DNA from: Candidatus Zambryskiibacteriota bacterium | Lineage (GTDB): Bacteria > Patescibacteriota > Minisyncoccia > Phycocordibacterales > WO2-35-19 | NCBI GenBank assembly: GCA_016932555.1 | Contig: JAFGCQ010000004.1 | Coordinates: 990-64,989 of the forward strand | DNA length: 64,000 bases | Direction of reading: 5' to 3' | In this document: piece after piece, positions 21,038 through 31,646 of the stretch | Position numbering within the stretch: position 1 is the first letter of the stretch | Layout: every line of letters starts with the position of its first letter | The notes under the pieces: generated by a model | The model's database searches: none | Told to the model about the DNA's origin: nothing | What the model saw: the letters and a program-made list of their open reading frames with translations, nothing else | Made by a program: the position numbers and the translations under genes

Positions 21038-21727
21038 TTGCCTTTTACTAATAATATCATAATGTCTTTATTTAAATTAGTAAATAACTGGATAAAGAAA
21101 ACTAGAGAGTTAATTTTTGATATCATTGCGCCCCATAATCAAAATATTCACAAACTTTTACAGCTTCCTCCAGAAACAATGAGAGATCTTCTGCCAAAAT
21201 CGGCAGTTTTTATGAAAGATGTTTTTGTACTCTTTGATTATCAAAACAAATTGGTCAGATTAATCATCAAAGCTATCAAATATAAAAATAACAATAATTT
21301 ACGTAGACGCATTGCTGGTATTTTATATGAAGAAATAATGGTTATGGCTTCTGATACTTCATTATTTGAAAATTCAAAAATTGTCCTTTTGCCTATGCCA
21401 ATGAGTAAATTAGAAAAAAGAAAAAAAAATTTCAATCAATGTGAAGAGCTTTGTAAAGAAATCAAAAAATTAGATAACCAAAATATAGAAATTTCTTTTA
21501 ATACTCTTAAAAAAATCAGAGAAACTAAAAGACAAACCGAGCTTAGCCGTTCTGAAAGAGAAAAAAATGTTAAAAATAGCATGAAAGCTACTCTTCAACA
21601 AGATCAGAGTCGCGTAGTTATCGTCTTAGATGATGTCTACACGACTGGTGCCTCTTTCAAAGAAGCTCGCCGAGCTCTTCTTTCTGCCGGTGCTCAGAGG
21701 ATAATTGGCCTTTTTATCGCCCATTAA
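21038..21727 (+). CDS. ComF-family phosphoribosyltransferase-domain protein (competence protein ComFC-like)
   Basis: C-terminal PRTase motif VVIVLDDVYTTGASFKEARRALLSAGA. Divergent from pilM. Confidence 0.55.
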   Translation: MPFTNNIIMSLFKLVNNWIKKTRELIFDIIAPHNQNIHKLLQLPPETMRDLLPKSAVFMKDVFVLFDYQNKLVRLIIKAIKYKNNNNLRRRIAGILYEEIMVMASDTSLFENSKIVLLPMPMSKLEKRKKNFNQCEELCKEIKKLDNQNIEISFNTLKKIRETKRQTELSRSEREKNVKNSMKATLQQDQSRVVIVLDDVYTTGASFKEARRALLSAGAQRIIGLFIAH

Positions 21728-22314
21728 TCTCTTTCGTAAATTCCTGTAAGACCACCGGAAGCGATAAGATGATTTCTTATAAATCCTTCGAGTTCATCGT
21801 TATTTGTCTCTACTGGCAAATCAAGTTTAGTATCTAAAGCATAAAATTTAAATAAATAATGATGACTACCCGATGGCGGACATGGCCCGCCATAACCAGA
21901 ATTACCGAAGCTGGTTTGACCTTCTATTGCGCCTTTGGGTACATTGCCTTCGGTTATTTTATTTATATTTGGATCAATATTCCAGACAGTCCAATGCACC
22001 CAAACACCCGATGGGGCATCAGGATCGTCAGCAATAAGAGCCAAACTTTTAGCTTCAGGTGGTATATTTTCAATTTTAAAAGGCGGATTTATATTTTCCC
22101 CATCACAAGTATATTTGGATGGGATTTTACCACCCTCTTCAAAGGCGACGCTGGTTATTTTTAATATTTTCATATCTCCAATATTAATCATATTTTTATT
22201 AGATTCAAAACTAACAATAAAATCTGCTAAAGGTTCTGACCAATATCCTTTAGTAAAAATTAATCCTAATCCTAAAACAATAATTAATAAAAGTATTATT
22301 TGTAATTTACTCAT
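21724..22314 (-). CDS. YbhB/YbcL (PEBP, Raf-kinase-inhibitor-like) family protein with an N-terminal signal/TM
   Basis: DDPDAPSGVWVHW ... GPCPPSGSHHYLFKFYALD signature. Confidence 0.75.
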   Translation of the reverse strand: MSKLQIILLLIIVLGLGLIFTKGYWSEPLADFIVSFESNKNMINIGDMKILKITSVAFEEGGKIPSKYTCDGENINPPFKIENIPPEAKSLALIADDPDAPSGVWVHWTVWNIDPNINKITEGNVPKGAIEGQTSFGNSGYGGPCPPSGSHHYLFKFYALDTKLDLPVETNNDELEGFIRNHLIASGGLTGIYERD

Positions 22315-22319
22315 AACTC

Positions 22320-22586
22320 TTATTTTGCGATAAAATTCTTAAAATTTTCAACTATTCCCTTTTCAGATTCAAATCTGGTAATCTTAGCTTGTTTAAAATC
22401 ACGCTGCAACCAATTTAAAAATCCTTCAACCGCTTCCTTTTTACCCTCAATTTCCATATAAACTGTATTATCCGGATCATTACGAATAAAACCTTTAATA
22501 TCAAACTTCCCAGCTTTAACTTTAGCCATATAACGTAGGCCTATGCCTTGTACTTCTCCCCAAATTTTTGCATTAATATGAATCAT
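22320..22586 (-). CDS. acyP: Acylphosphatase
   Basis: VQGIGLRY motif. 88 aa. Confidence 0.7.
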   Translation of the reverse strand: MIHINAKIWGEVQGIGLRYMAKVKAGKFDIKGFIRNDPDNTVYMEIEGKKEAVEGFLNWLQRDFKQAKITRFESEKGIVENFKNFIAK

Positions 22587-22665
22587 TTTTATTGGAAGAG
22601 TTGTCTGATTTTTTAAGCTCTTTTCTTACAATAAATAATTGAAGATTTGAAACAAGCTGTTTAAA

Positions 22666-23202
22666 TTATTTCTTCTTAAATGGGAAGCCGAGAGTTTTGA
22701 GGAATTCTAGAGTGTCAGATTTATTTTTGAGATTAGTGACAATAGTAACGGCAAAGCCGAAAACATCCTTGAGATCTTCGTCGGAGGTTTCGGGGAAAAC
22801 AGTATGCTCTTTGACAGCTAAAGTGTAATTGCCCATTTCATCAACAGCCCCGGAGAAAATACCCCTGAAATCTTTGGTTCGCGGCAAAGCTATATTTAAA
22901 AGACGATCCAAAAAACTCCACATCCTTTCACCCCGAAGAGTTACTTGGACGCCAACAATATCTCCTTCCCTAGTTTTGAAAGAAGCAATTGATTTTTTAG
23001 CACCTTTTTTAATCGGTCTCTGGCCAGTAATTTTAGAGAGTCGATCTATGACCACTTCTAAACGGTTTTTATCTTTCGATGAACCGGTGCCGGAGCTTAT
23101 AACTACTTTTTCAATCTTTGGTGCTTGCATAATATTCTTTAACTTGAATGTATCTTTCAAGTTTTTGTATGATTCTTTTGTTCTATCTTTCATCATTTTC
23201 AT
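22666..23202 (-). CDS. rplE: 50S ribosomal protein L5
   Basis: L5 signature region IMQAPKIEKVVISSGTG. 178 aa. Confidence 0.9.
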   Translation of the reverse strand: MKMMKDRTKESYKNLKDTFKLKNIMQAPKIEKVVISSGTGSSKDKNRLEVVIDRLSKITGQRPIKKGAKKSIASFKTREGDIVGVQVTLRGERMWSFLDRLLNIALPRTKDFRGIFSGAVDEMGNYTLAVKEHTVFPETSDEDLKDVFGFAVTIVTNLKNKSDTLEFLKTLGFPFKKK

Positions 23203-23211
23203 GTCAGCTTT

Positions 23212-23433
23212 TTAATTTTTAATTCTTTTAACATTTGATACATGTATCGGTGCGGCTTGATCAACTATTTTACCTTTTTCGTTACTCTTTTTTCTGCGTT
23301 GATGAACTTTTTTAATATTTATTCCTTCAATTAAAACCATGTCTGATTTAGGAAAGGCGCGTAAAATTATACCAGATTTACCTTTATCCTTACCAGTTAA
23401 TACTTTTACTTTATCTCCTTTTTTTACATGCAT
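23212..23433 (-). CDS. rplX: 50S ribosomal protein L24
   Basis: KOW motif [21 protein letters not shown]. Confidence 0.9.
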   Translation of the reverse strand: MHVKKGDKVKVLTGKDKGKSGIILRAFPKSDMVLIEGINIKKVHQRRKKSNEKGKIVDQAAPIHVSNVKRIKN

Positions 23434-23438
23434 ACTCT

Positions 23439-23537
23439 CGAATATTACGAATAAGATCGAATAATACGAATCCTATTTTTGCTATTAATTTGATTGTTCT
23501 TTATTTGTAGCATTCGATTAAATTTGTGGTTATTCGC
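23439..23537. repeat. 99-bp intergenic repeat element (CGAATA-iteron type), copy A. It fills the rplN/rplX spacer.
   Basis: 98 of 99 positions are identical to 33288-33386. It contains TCGAATA units spaced 9-10 bp apart at one end and two inverted ATTCG units at the other. Confidence 0.9.
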
Positions 23538-23914
23538 TAGATGACTTCTGAAGCTAATGAAATAATGGCCTGATGGCCGGCCTCAGCAATTTCTCGAGGA
23601 ATAGGACCAAAGATTCTTCCTGCTCTTGGAGTAATTTCACCCTTCTTCTTATCTACTACAACTAATGCATTTTCATCAAATCGGATATAAGAACCATCTT
23701 TTCTGCGTAGTGGTGTCTTTTGGCGAATTACCATTCCTAATAGTACTGCTTTTTTCTTTATTTCTTTGCGAGGTTCAGCTTTTTGAACTGAAAATTTAAC
23801 CAGCTCGCCAATTCTAGCATAGCGCTTTTTAGAAGAACCTAATATTTTAAAAACCCGGCCGATTTTAGCACCTGAATTATCTGCTATTTTAACTATAGAA
23901 TTTGGCTGAATCAT
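23537..23914 (-). CDS. rplN: 50S ribosomal protein L14
   Basis: MIQPNSIVKIADNSGAK ... 125 aa. Confidence 0.9.
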   Translation of the reverse strand: MIQPNSIVKIADNSGAKIGRVFKILGSSKKRYARIGELVKFSVQKAEPRKEIKKKAVLLGMVIRQKTPLRRKDGSYIRFDENALVVVDKKKGEITPRAGRIFGPIPREIAEAGHQAIISLASEVI

Positions 23915-23940
23915 AATTTATGTTTTTACGATTTTACTAT

Positions 23941-24231
23941 TTACTTAATTATTATAAAATGCTTATCTTTTGATATTGGTTTAACTTCCTTGATTTCAAC
24001 TTTATCACCTATTTTCTTAGTATTACCAATATCATGGGTTTTATATTTTTTATTTACTTTGTAATATTTTCTGTATTTTTTATGTTTAACAAATCTTATT
24101 ACTGAAACCGTGCAAGTATCTTTCATTTTGTCTGATACTACAATACCCTTCAAGATTCTCGATCTGATTCCATTTTTCTTCTCTTCTGTTTTTTCTATTT
24201 TTTTATCCATAATTCTTAATTCATTATTCAT
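23941..24231 (-). CDS. rpsQ: 30S ribosomal protein S17
   Basis: S17 OB-fold core with an N-terminal extension. Confidence 0.85.
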   Translation of the reverse strand: MNNELRIMDKKIEKTEEKKNGIRSRILKGIVVSDKMKDTCTVSVIRFVKHKKYRKYYKVNKKYKTHDIGNTKKIGDKVEIKEVKPISKDKHFIIIK

Positions 24232-24406
24232 TATTTATCTTCGTCAAAATTCTAGCAATTTCTTTTTTCAGATTTTTCTGCCTTTTAACATCCTTACTTT
24301 TACTACCAGCTATACCAAATCTTATATCACGCAAGGCTAGCTTTTTTTCATCAAGCTCTTTTTGTAAATCTTGTGTGATATTTTTTTTTGGTTTTTCTTT
24401 TTTCAT
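24224..24406 (-). CDS. rpmC: 50S ribosomal protein L29
   Basis: 60-aa L29-like protein. Confidence 0.8.
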   Translation of the reverse strand: MKKEKPKKNITQDLQKELDEKKLALRDIRFGIAGSKSKDVKRQKNLKKEIARILTKINNE

Positions 24407-24413
24407 AATCGTC

Positions 24414-24434
24414 TTTTATTCGTATTATTCGATC
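24414..24434. repeat. Partial inverted copy of the CGAATA repeat (ttattcgtattattcgatcat) in the rplP/rpmC spacer
   Basis: Reverse complement of atgatcgaataatacgaataa. It matches the iteron end of the 99-bp repeat. Confidence 0.7.
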
Positions 24435-24444
24435 ATATTCACAG

Positions 24445-24864
24445 TTATTGGCGAGTAACTATTTTAGTTTTTACTGGCATTTTACAGCCACCTTTACGCA
24501 AAGATTCTCGGGCAATAATTTCCGAAGTGCTTTCAGCTTCAAAAAGAACTTGACCCGGTAAAATTCTTACTTGGTAACCTTCAATATCTCCTTTACCTTT
24601 ACCCATTTTCACTTCCGCCGGCTTTTTAGTAAAAGGCATATCTGGGAAAATACGGACCCAAACTCGGCCAGTTTTACCAAGATTTCGGCTAATAATTTTT
24701 CTAGCAGCTTCTATTTGATTAGAAGTAACTCGACCGGCAGAAATAGCTTTAAGACCATGTGAACCGAAAGAAATTTCTATCCCGCGAGTAGCTGGGCTTA
24801 TCTTGTTTGGATTTTTGCGCATTATATGCCATTTCCGATATTTAACTTTTTTAGGGAATAACAT
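24445..24864 (-). CDS. rplP: 50S ribosomal protein L16
   Basis: 139 aa, L16 pattern. Confidence 0.9.
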   Translation of the reverse strand: MLFPKKVKYRKWHIMRKNPNKISPATRGIEISFGSHGLKAISAGRVTSNQIEAARKIISRNLGKTGRVWVRIFPDMPFTKKPAEVKMGKGKGDIEGYQVRILPGQVLFEAESTSEIIARESLRKGGCKMPVKTKIVTRQ

Positions 24865-24895
24865 GATTTTAGGTTAATTGGTCAATTAAAATAAT

Positions 24896-25558
24896 TTATC
24901 CTTGCTTAGTAAAAATCTCACCCTTATAAATCCAAACCTTGATGCCAACTTTGCCGAGAGGCAATTTTGCTTCATAAAAAGCGTAATCAATGTCTGCCCG
25001 CAAAGTTTGCAAAGGAATTTGCCCAACCTTTTTACTCTCTACTCTAGCCATATTAGATCCTCCTAAGATACCAGAAAGAGTAATTTTCACACCTTTAACA
25101 TCACGGTTAGCAAAAGCTTTATCAATAATTGTTTTCATCACCCTACGAAAAGGCATCCTTTTTTCTAATCCTTCAGCTACCATCTGGGCAGCAATCATTG
25201 CACTAGACTCGGGTGACTTAACTTCTTTAATATCAATTTTTAATTCTTCGTTTAGATTAAATTTTTTGCGTTTTATAAAAACTAATATATCGCTTCTAAG
25301 TTTCTCCAACCCTTCACCATTGCGTCCAATAATAAAGCCGGGTCTAGATGATTCAATAATTATTCTAAAAGTTTTCACGCTTCTTTCTATTTCAATAGAA
25401 TTAACAAAAGATCCTTTCAAGCGTTTATATAAATATTCGTAAATTAAAACATCGCTTTTTAAATTTTCTTTATATTTATCTTTTACATCAAACCAGCGAG
25501 ACTTCCAATCACGAATGATGCCCAATCTATGAGAATATGGATGTACGGTGTGAGTCAT
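24896..25558 (-). CDS. rpsC: 30S ribosomal protein S3
   Basis: 220 aa with KH domain and S3 C-terminal domain. Confidence 0.9.
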   Translation of the reverse strand: MTHTVHPYSHRLGIIRDWKSRWFDVKDKYKENLKSDVLIYEYLYKRLKGSFVNSIEIERSVKTFRIIIESSRPGFIIGRNGEGLEKLRSDILVFIKRKKFNLNEELKIDIKEVKSPESSAMIAAQMVAEGLEKRMPFRRVMKTIIDKAFANRDVKGVKITLSGILGGSNMARVESKKVGQIPLQTLRADIDYAFYEAKLPLGKVGIKVWIYKGEIFTKQG

Positions 25559-25565
25559 AATAATA

Positions 25566-25913
25566 TTAGCTTTTAGTTTTTAATTCATCTGATAAAACAA
25601 GCTTAATTTTTGAGGTTCTTTTTTTGATGGGATGAGCAGCTCCATGAGCTACTGGGCGGCGCCTAAAAAGAGTTTGGCCTTTATTTACAGTGATCGATTT
25701 AATTTTCAAATTATCGGTTTCAATACCAATGTTTTTAGCATTAGCTAGAGCCGAATTTAAAAGCTTTTGCAAGGGGCCAGTGGTTTTTTTGGTAATAAAA
25801 TTTAGTCGATTTCTGGCTTCCTTTACTGACTTGCCTCGAATAGCATCTGCTACTAAACGGACTTTCCGAGGAGATTGGCGATAATTATTAAGCTGTGCTG
25901 CAACTTCAACCAT
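25566..25913 (-). CDS. rplV: 50S ribosomal protein L22
   Basis: KVRLVADAIRGKSVKEA motif. 115 aa. Confidence 0.9.
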   Translation of the reverse strand: MVEVAAQLNNYRQSPRKVRLVADAIRGKSVKEARNRLNFITKKTTGPLQKLLNSALANAKNIGIETDNLKIKSITVNKGQTLFRRRPVAHGAAHPIKKRTSKIKLVLSDELKTKS

Positions 25914-25918
25914 ATTTT

Positions 25919-26266
25919 TTATTTACCGCTAGTGTTTTCTGCAGCAGTTTTAGCAGCTTTAGCTTGATTTATTTCTTCTTCTTTCTTTTTAGCTTCAAGT
26001 TCTTTTTGCATCTTACCACCATGTTTGATGAATTTGCGGGTGGGAGAAAATTCGCCCAAGCGGTGTCCGACCATATCTTCACTGACTAAAACTTCGATGT
26101 GATCTTTCCCATTATGAACTCCAAAAGTAAAACCGACCATTTCTGGAGAAATTACACAAGATCTAGACCATGTTTTAATAACCTCGGTATCTTCCGGTTT
26201 TTTCCCTTCAATTTTTTTAAGAACCCTTACATCTACGTAAGGTCCTTTTTTTAGCGATCGAGACAT
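25919..26266 (-). CDS. rpsS: 30S ribosomal protein S19, with a K/E-rich C-terminal extension
   Basis: [12 protein letters not shown] ... HNGK ... GHRLGEF. The start is chosen at the internal Met matching the conserved S19 N-terminus. Confidence 0.85.
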   Translation of the reverse strand: MSRSLKKGPYVDVRVLKKIEGKKPEDTEVIKTWSRSCVISPEMVGFTFGVHNGKDHIEVLVSEDMVGHRLGEFSPTRKFIKHGGKMQKELEAKKKEEEINQAKAAKTAAENTSGK

Positions 26267-26343
26267 TTTTTCAATATTAAACCCGCCTGGCGGGAATAGG
26301 TTATATACTAACAAATTAGGCCTCAAAGTCAATCCTTTTCTTA

Positions 26344-28023
26344 CTACATCTTATCAGGAACTTTGATAGCAAGGAGATTGAGACCAAATTTTAGAATGTT
26401 ATGAGTAGCTCGAGTGAGAGCGATTTTATAAGGCGAAGATAGGTCTTTTTCGTTTACTATCCTTTCTTTACCGTAAAAACTGTTAAAAGCTCCTGCTAAT
26501 TCGGTGAGATAAGTCACAATGTAATGTGGCGCATACTCCTCACCCGCCCTTTTGACTACTTCTGGAAATCGATAAATATATCTCTCAAGTTCAGTAATCT
26601 CAAAATCTTCCGGCCTTTTAGTTTTGGAATTTAAGAATTTGAATATTGTTTTGAAATTTGGATTTTGAAATTTGGATTTTTCAAGCACGGAGTTGGCTCG
26701 AACCGCTGTGTATTGTAAATACGGCCCTGAATCACCTTCAAAAGAAATGGATTTGTCAAAATCAAAAATAATGTCCCCGCCAATGGCTTGTTTCAGTATT
26801 GAATATTTAATAGCGCCAATTGCCACTATTTCGGAAATTTGCTTCTTTTCTTCTGGAGAAAGCTCTCTGTCCTTTAATTTTTCTTCCACTTTCATCTTTA
26901 TTTGATTAATTAAACTTTCAGCCATAATCACTTCTCCTGTCCTCGAAGACATCTTGCCGCCAGGTAAGCGCAACATACCGTGAGAGAGATGTAGCAGCTT
27001 GCCTTTAAGCTCAGGGAAAACTTCACCAATTGCTACCTCAACAACATCAAAAAAAGAATCTTGTTCATTGGCAGTAATGGTGATTGATTTATCATATATG
27101 TATTTCTCCTTTTTGAGCTTAGCGAGCCCTATTTCTTTAGCTTCGTAAGTGGGAATACCATCTGTATTTACAAAAACTCGAGTATGGGTCTTGGGCTTGA
27201 AATTTTCGCCGCGAAAAATTACCGCTCCATTCGATTTTTCAAATATTTTTTTTACCCCGTCATCTACATTAGCAGATTCTTCGGGGGACATGTTTTTTTC
27301 TACAATTTTTTTGCCCACTTGCCCAGCCTCACTTTCATAAAAATGAAAATCAAATTTACTACCTAACTGCTCATAAATTTTTTCAAAAGAATTCAGAGAG
27401 AACTTTTTACCCTCTTCATATAATTTATTTATTTTCGGATCAGATTTTTCGTAAATTTTTTTATTTATTTCTTTTATTTCCTCTTTATGATTCTCGTAAT
27501 TTATGCCGCCATAAACATAAGCTCCGCTCCAATCCAGCTCTGGTTTTTGAATTTTGCCCCAAATAGTCTTGGCCACATGAAGTCCCATGTCGCCGTGATA
27601 ACTTACTGGTATAGTTTTTGCTCCACTGACCTCTAAAATGCGTGTTATTGATTCACCAATAGCATTGTTCATTAAATGGCCGATATGAAATTCTTTGAAC
27701 GGATTAGGTGCTGTGTGGTCAATTAAAATTTTTCCTTTGCCCGATGTAGCTTTAGCGAATTTAGGTCCTTCTTTATTTATTTCGTTAACAGAGTCAGTAA
27801 AAAATTCTTTAGACAAATAAAAATTTATAAAGCCACCGACCCATTTCACTTTCTCTATTTCCGGAATTTTATGGTAAGAGAGCGGTTTACCGATTTCCTC
27901 AGCTTTATCTCCTGCAAAAAATGAAAAATCGCCATTTTGTAAATCCTTGGGATGCATTAGGATGATCTCTTCCATTTTAAGTTCTTTTTTAATCCAATCC
28001 TTTATCTTTTTTTGAATTTCCAT
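26344..28023 (-). CDS. argS: Arginine--tRNA ligase
   Basis: Class I HIGH motif (FHIGH), anticodon-binding DALR-like C-terminus. 559 aa. Confidence 0.85.
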   Translation of the reverse strand: MEIQKKIKDWIKKELKMEEIILMHPKDLQNGDFSFFAGDKAEEIGKPLSYHKIPEIEKVKWVGGFINFYLSKEFFTDSVNEINKEGPKFAKATSGKGKILIDHTAPNPFKEFHIGHLMNNAIGESITRILEVSGAKTIPVSYHGDMGLHVAKTIWGKIQKPELDWSGAYVYGGINYENHKEEIKEINKKIYEKSDPKINKLYEEGKKFSLNSFEKIYEQLGSKFDFHFYESEAGQVGKKIVEKNMSPEESANVDDGVKKIFEKSNGAVIFRGENFKPKTHTRVFVNTDGIPTYEAKEIGLAKLKKEKYIYDKSITITANEQDSFFDVVEVAIGEVFPELKGKLLHLSHGMLRLPGGKMSSRTGEVIMAESLINQIKMKVEEKLKDRELSPEEKKQISEIVAIGAIKYSILKQAIGGDIIFDFDKSISFEGDSGPYLQYTAVRANSVLEKSKFQNPNFKTIFKFLNSKTKRPEDFEITELERYIYRFPEVVKRAGEEYAPHYIVTYLTELAGAFNSFYGKERIVNEKDLSSPYKIALTRATHNILKFGLNLLAIKVPDKM

Positions 28024-28145
28024 ACTTTTATATTACCAATTTTTGATTCTAAAATCTTGTCTCATTATAGTTGACTAATTGTTATTAATATGGAGAATAC
28101 TATACGGAATAGATATTTGAAATAGGATATTTGAAAGGAGAAAAA

Positions 28146-29099
28146 ATGACAATAATCAAATATAAACCTTATCAAGAAAGATTGCTGGATTGGCAATATC
28201 AAAATTTGCTTAGATTTATTCGATGTTCATCTGAAACTTATCTTGCTAAAAATCCATATCAGGATAGAGGTCGTTGGACAAATTTAGAAACACCAAGAAT
28301 GGTTTTTAAATTTGAAAACGGTTTTCCTATAATTACTGAAAGAAAAATTTCTTTCTGGAAAACTGCCATTACAGAAATTATTCTTTTTTTAAACGGCGCC
28401 CGCAAATTTGAGGATATGTTAAAAGCCGGGTGCGGTTGGTGGGCTGAATGGACCTCATTGGAAAAATGTAAAGATTTGGGTCTTCAAGTTGGAGATTTGG
28501 GTCCGGGATCATATGGTCCAATTCTTCATAATTTACCAAATTTCGTATGGGATCAGCAACCATATGGTTGTTCAAGTTATAAAAATCAACCTTTCAATCA
28601 AATAGAACATCTGATTCAATCTCTCAAAGATGGGCCTGGACTTAATACCCATGTGATATCTACTTGGTATCCGCCGTTTGATATGCAACACAGCAAATTA
28701 CAGCGCCAAGTTTCGGTAGCGCCCTGCCATGGCACCAAAATGCAATTTACAGTAATCAATGGCAAAAAGCTTGTCTATACCATGACTCAGCGCTCTGGTG
28801 ATGTGCCGGTTGGTGTTGTCTCAAATATCATTCAGCATGCAGCACTTTGTATTATGGTAGCTCATGTCTGTAGATACGAGCCTTACAAATACATTCATGT
28901 CGTTGATGACGCTCAGATATACGAAAATCAAATAGAAAAAGTTGATGAGCTTTTAGACAGAATACCCTTTCGTTTACCCACTCTTCAACTCACCAAAGAG
29001 GGCCAAGAAATCAAAAATATTTTTGATTTCAAGGCCGATCACTTTGAACTTTCTGATTATGAATGTCATCCAGCTATGAAAATTCCAACTACACTTTAG
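28146..29099 (+). CDS. thyA: Thymidylate synthase (ThyA family)
   Basis: Active-site PCHG and the conserved Asn in SNIIQHAAL (dUMP-type). The start is set at the second ATG, which is preceded by AAAGGAG. Confidence 0.75.
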   Translation: MTIIKYKPYQERLLDWQYQNLLRFIRCSSETYLAKNPYQDRGRWTNLETPRMVFKFENGFPIITERKISFWKTAITEIILFLNGARKFEDMLKAGCGWWAEWTSLEKCKDLGLQVGDLGPGSYGPILHNLPNFVWDQQPYGCSSYKNQPFNQIEHLIQSLKDGPGLNTHVISTWYPPFDMQHSKLQRQVSVAPCHGTKMQFTVINGKKLVYTMTQRSGDVPVGVVSNIIQHAALCIMVAHVCRYEPYKYIHVVDDAQIYENQIEKVDELLDRIPFRLPTLQLTKEGQEIKNIFDFKADHFELSDYECHPAMKIPTTL

Positions 29100-29110
29100 A
29101 AAGGAAAGAT

Positions 29111-29692
29111 ATGTTATTGGGAAAAACTATCTCAATTATCTTTACCGCTCCCGTTTATGCTAAAAATAATCGTCTGATTATTGGCAATGGTAAATTTATT
29201 CCTTGGTTAGGTAAAGTTTCTTCAGATTTAAAGAGATTTAAAAAACTTACCTTAAATCAAACTGTGATTATGGGACGCAAAACCTGGGACTCTTTGGAAC
29301 ACAAACCTTTGCCAGATAGACAAAACATAATTCTTAGCAGAAACCCAGATATAATCTTCGAACCAAGCGATATTCCACTCAAAGATTGGACTTTTCTAGA
29401 AATAGGAGTGACCAAATCTTTTGAAAGTGCTATTTTAATGGCAAAATCTCAAACAGTATGGATAATAGGCGGTGCTGAAATTTACAAATTAGCTTTGCCT
29501 TATGTTGATTATATTCACAGAACTCTTATTTCTGGAAGATTTGATGGAGACATCTTCTTTCCAGAATATAACCTAAATGAATGGAGAAAAGATAAAGAAA
29601 AATCTATCTTTTTAAAAGCCAAAGAATTAGAAAATACGATGGATGAATATGATTCTTTTTATGAAGTTTTTGAAAGAAAGGAGGTGATATGA
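29111..29692 (+). CDS. folA: Dihydrofolate reductase
   Basis: IGNGKFIPW ... VIMGRKTWDSL ... WIIGGAEIY. The start is set at the ATG preceded by GAAAGGAAAG. Confidence 0.8.
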   Translation: MLLGKTISIIFTAPVYAKNNRLIIGNGKFIPWLGKVSSDLKRFKKLTLNQTVIMGRKTWDSLEHKPLPDRQNIILSRNPDIIFEPSDIPLKDWTFLEIGVTKSFESAILMAKSQTVWIIGGAEIYKLALPYVDYIHRTLISGRFDGDIFFPEYNLNEWRKDKEKSIFLKAKELENTMDEYDSFYEVFERKEVI

Positions 29693-30174
29693 CAGAAAAA
29701 AAAATAATGGAAATGATTCATGCCAGAGTCGATGCCCAGCGTAAAAAAATGGAAGAATGCATTCGTCTTGGTATATGTCCACTTTGTTGGGAAAATTTAG
29801 CAAAATGGCATAATGCTCCAATATTAAGATATGGAGATTTTTGGGCCATTACAGCTAATGATCATCCTTATGAAGGTACGAAAATTCATCTCTTGGCGAT
29901 TTATAAGCATCATATAAATTCAATTGACCAAGTAGAAGTAGCTGCAGAGAATGAACTTTTCAGACTTTTTTCTCTGTTCTGTAAAAAAAATAAAATTGTT
30001 GGTGCTTCGATATTAATGCGTACAGGTGAAATGAACTACACTGGAGCAACTTTGGCACATCTTCATGCCCATTTTATTTCTGGGGTTTCTAGAGAAGAAG
30101 TAGAGAAATTTTCAGAAATCAAATATCCAAATTCATTTATCATATCGGTTCTTGGTTACAAGATTCCGAAATGA
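29689..30174 (+). CDS. HIT-family (histidine triad) hydrolase
   Basis: HLHAHFI histidine-triad motif near the C-terminus. 161 aa. Confidence 0.7.
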   Translation: MTEKKIMEMIHARVDAQRKKMEECIRLGICPLCWENLAKWHNAPILRYGDFWAITANDHPYEGTKIHLLAIYKHHINSIDQVEVAAENELFRLFSLFCKKNKIVGASILMRTGEMNYTGATLAHLHAHFISGVSREEVEKFSEIKYPNSFIISVLGYKIPK

Positions 30175-30180
30175 AAATTA

Positions 30181-30211
30181 CCCCGCACTTTTTATAAAAG
30201 TGCGGGGCTTT
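30181..30211. terminator. Strong bidirectional Rho-independent terminator (CCCCGCACTTTT-loop-AAAAGTGCGGGG)
   Basis: 11-12-bp GC-rich stem between the convergent HIT and deaminase genes, followed by a T run. Confidence 0.7.
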
Positions 30212-31060
30212 TTATTTTTTCACTTTTAATATTTTGACTTCAGCAGCTTTTAAAGTCTCGAAGCCTTTAAGCACACTGTAGCCCTGATTAAAGATTAATC
30301 TTTTGATTTGGCATTTAGCTAACATACGAGCACAATCAGCACAAGGAAAATCTGTGACGTAAACTGTTGCACCCTTAAGAGAAATACCCTCGCGAGCACA
30401 GGTTGCAATGATTCCTTTTTCGGCGTGAAGTGATAGATAAATTTCAGATCCAGCTATATCGCCTGCATCAAAATTTATCCGCGGATCACTAAAAATTGCG
30501 GTTTCGTATTCGTTTGGATAATGCTTATTGTAGGCACAGGCAATCATCTTCCCGTCACGAAAAGCCAGAGCTCCAATTTGTCGCCACCAATCTGGTGATT
30601 TTTTACCGAGGTTAAAAGCTGCTATCATACGAAGAGTGTCGATTTCTTCGTAAGTTATCTCCATATCCGGCATAATTGGTTCTTGCCTTTTGACTGCAGT
30701 CATATCCCACCTAGCCCAGATCGGCTCAAATTTCACCTCACAATCACAATTTTTGAGATATTTCTCGGCAAAAACATGAGAAATATCCTCATCCGGCATT
30801 AAACAATCCTCTTCTATAGATATAGAATCTTCCAGAAAAAAAATTTTGACGGAGTTTTTTATAGACGGATTTCTTTTAAGACCGGAAATTATAGTGTAGA
30901 CATCAACTGCAGGCAAAGCGCAGATATTCCTTTTTAATCTGGGAATAAGAGCTTCTGCCAAATCTTGAGATATAAGATGCAAGTGAAAGGGCTCGTGGTC
31001 CTTAAGCCAAAGAAGATATTGCCGATTTATAACCGGCATATAGGCAATGAGATTATTCAT
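30212..31060 (-). CDS. dCMP/cytidine deaminase-domain protein with an unrecognised N-terminal domain of about 135 aa
   Basis: C-terminal HAEKG ... PCADC zinc-binding deaminase motifs. The N-terminal half matches nothing I recognise. Confidence 0.65.
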   Translation of the reverse strand: MNNLIAYMPVINRQYLLWLKDHEPFHLHLISQDLAEALIPRLKRNICALPAVDVYTIISGLKRNPSIKNSVKIFFLEDSISIEEDCLMPDEDISHVFAEKYLKNCDCEVKFEPIWARWDMTAVKRQEPIMPDMEITYEEIDTLRMIAAFNLGKKSPDWWRQIGALAFRDGKMIACAYNKHYPNEYETAIFSDPRINFDAGDIAGSEIYLSLHAEKGIIATCAREGISLKGATVYVTDFPCADCARMLAKCQIKRLIFNQGYSVLKGFETLKAAEVKILKVKK

Positions 31061-31646
31061 TTTTCACCCCGATTTCTTTCAGATGGTCATTGATAGTTTT
31101 TTGAATTTTTTCAGGTAAACCTTCAACTCCATCCGACATGAGTCGAAGAGTTTTGGCAGTAGTCGAAGTAGCTGCTTTAGCTTCCAGATGTTTTATTTCT
31201 CCGCAAAAAGCGCTCAGTTCTTTTTTGTCTTGATCTGTAAAAGAACTGGTGGTTTTAGACATAATAAGCACATCAGGTCGAACTAGTTTGATAAGATCAT
31301 ACTTATCTTGATCTGTATCTCTGCGAGTAATGACATTTACCGAAGAGAGCATCGAAAGAACTTCTATTCTTTCTTCAAAAATATCAAAAGGTCTCTTGGG
31401 GCCTTTCATTTTTCTGGTTAATTCATCAGAGTCAACTCCAACAATAAGTATATCCCCGTATGATCTGGCTTCGGCTAGATAGCGACCATGACCAACATGG
31501 AACATATCCCAAACACCTTGAGTTAAAGCGATTCTCCAACCACCTTCTTTGAGTTGTTGGACAATATTTTTTAAATCCTCAAAATTAGGTATGTATTTAT
31601 CATCTAAACGATTTTCACCCTGCAGAATACTCTTCAATGTAGACAT
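31053..31646 (-). CDS. Cytidylyl/adenylyltransferase-fold protein (HIGH-motif nucleotidyltransferase, RfaE-domain-II / TagD-like)
   Basis: GVWDMFHVGHGRYLAEAR..GDILIVGVDSD. The start is set at the internal ATG preceded by AAAGGAGG. Confidence 0.6.
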   Translation of the reverse strand: MSTLKSILQGENRLDDKYIPNFEDLKNIVQQLKEGGWRIALTQGVWDMFHVGHGRYLAEARSYGDILIVGVDSDELTRKMKGPKRPFDIFEERIEVLSMLSSVNVITRRDTDQDKYDLIKLVRPDVLIMSKTTSSFTDQDKKELSAFCGEIKHLEAKAATSTTAKTLRLMSDGVEGLPEKIQKTINDHLKEIGVKNE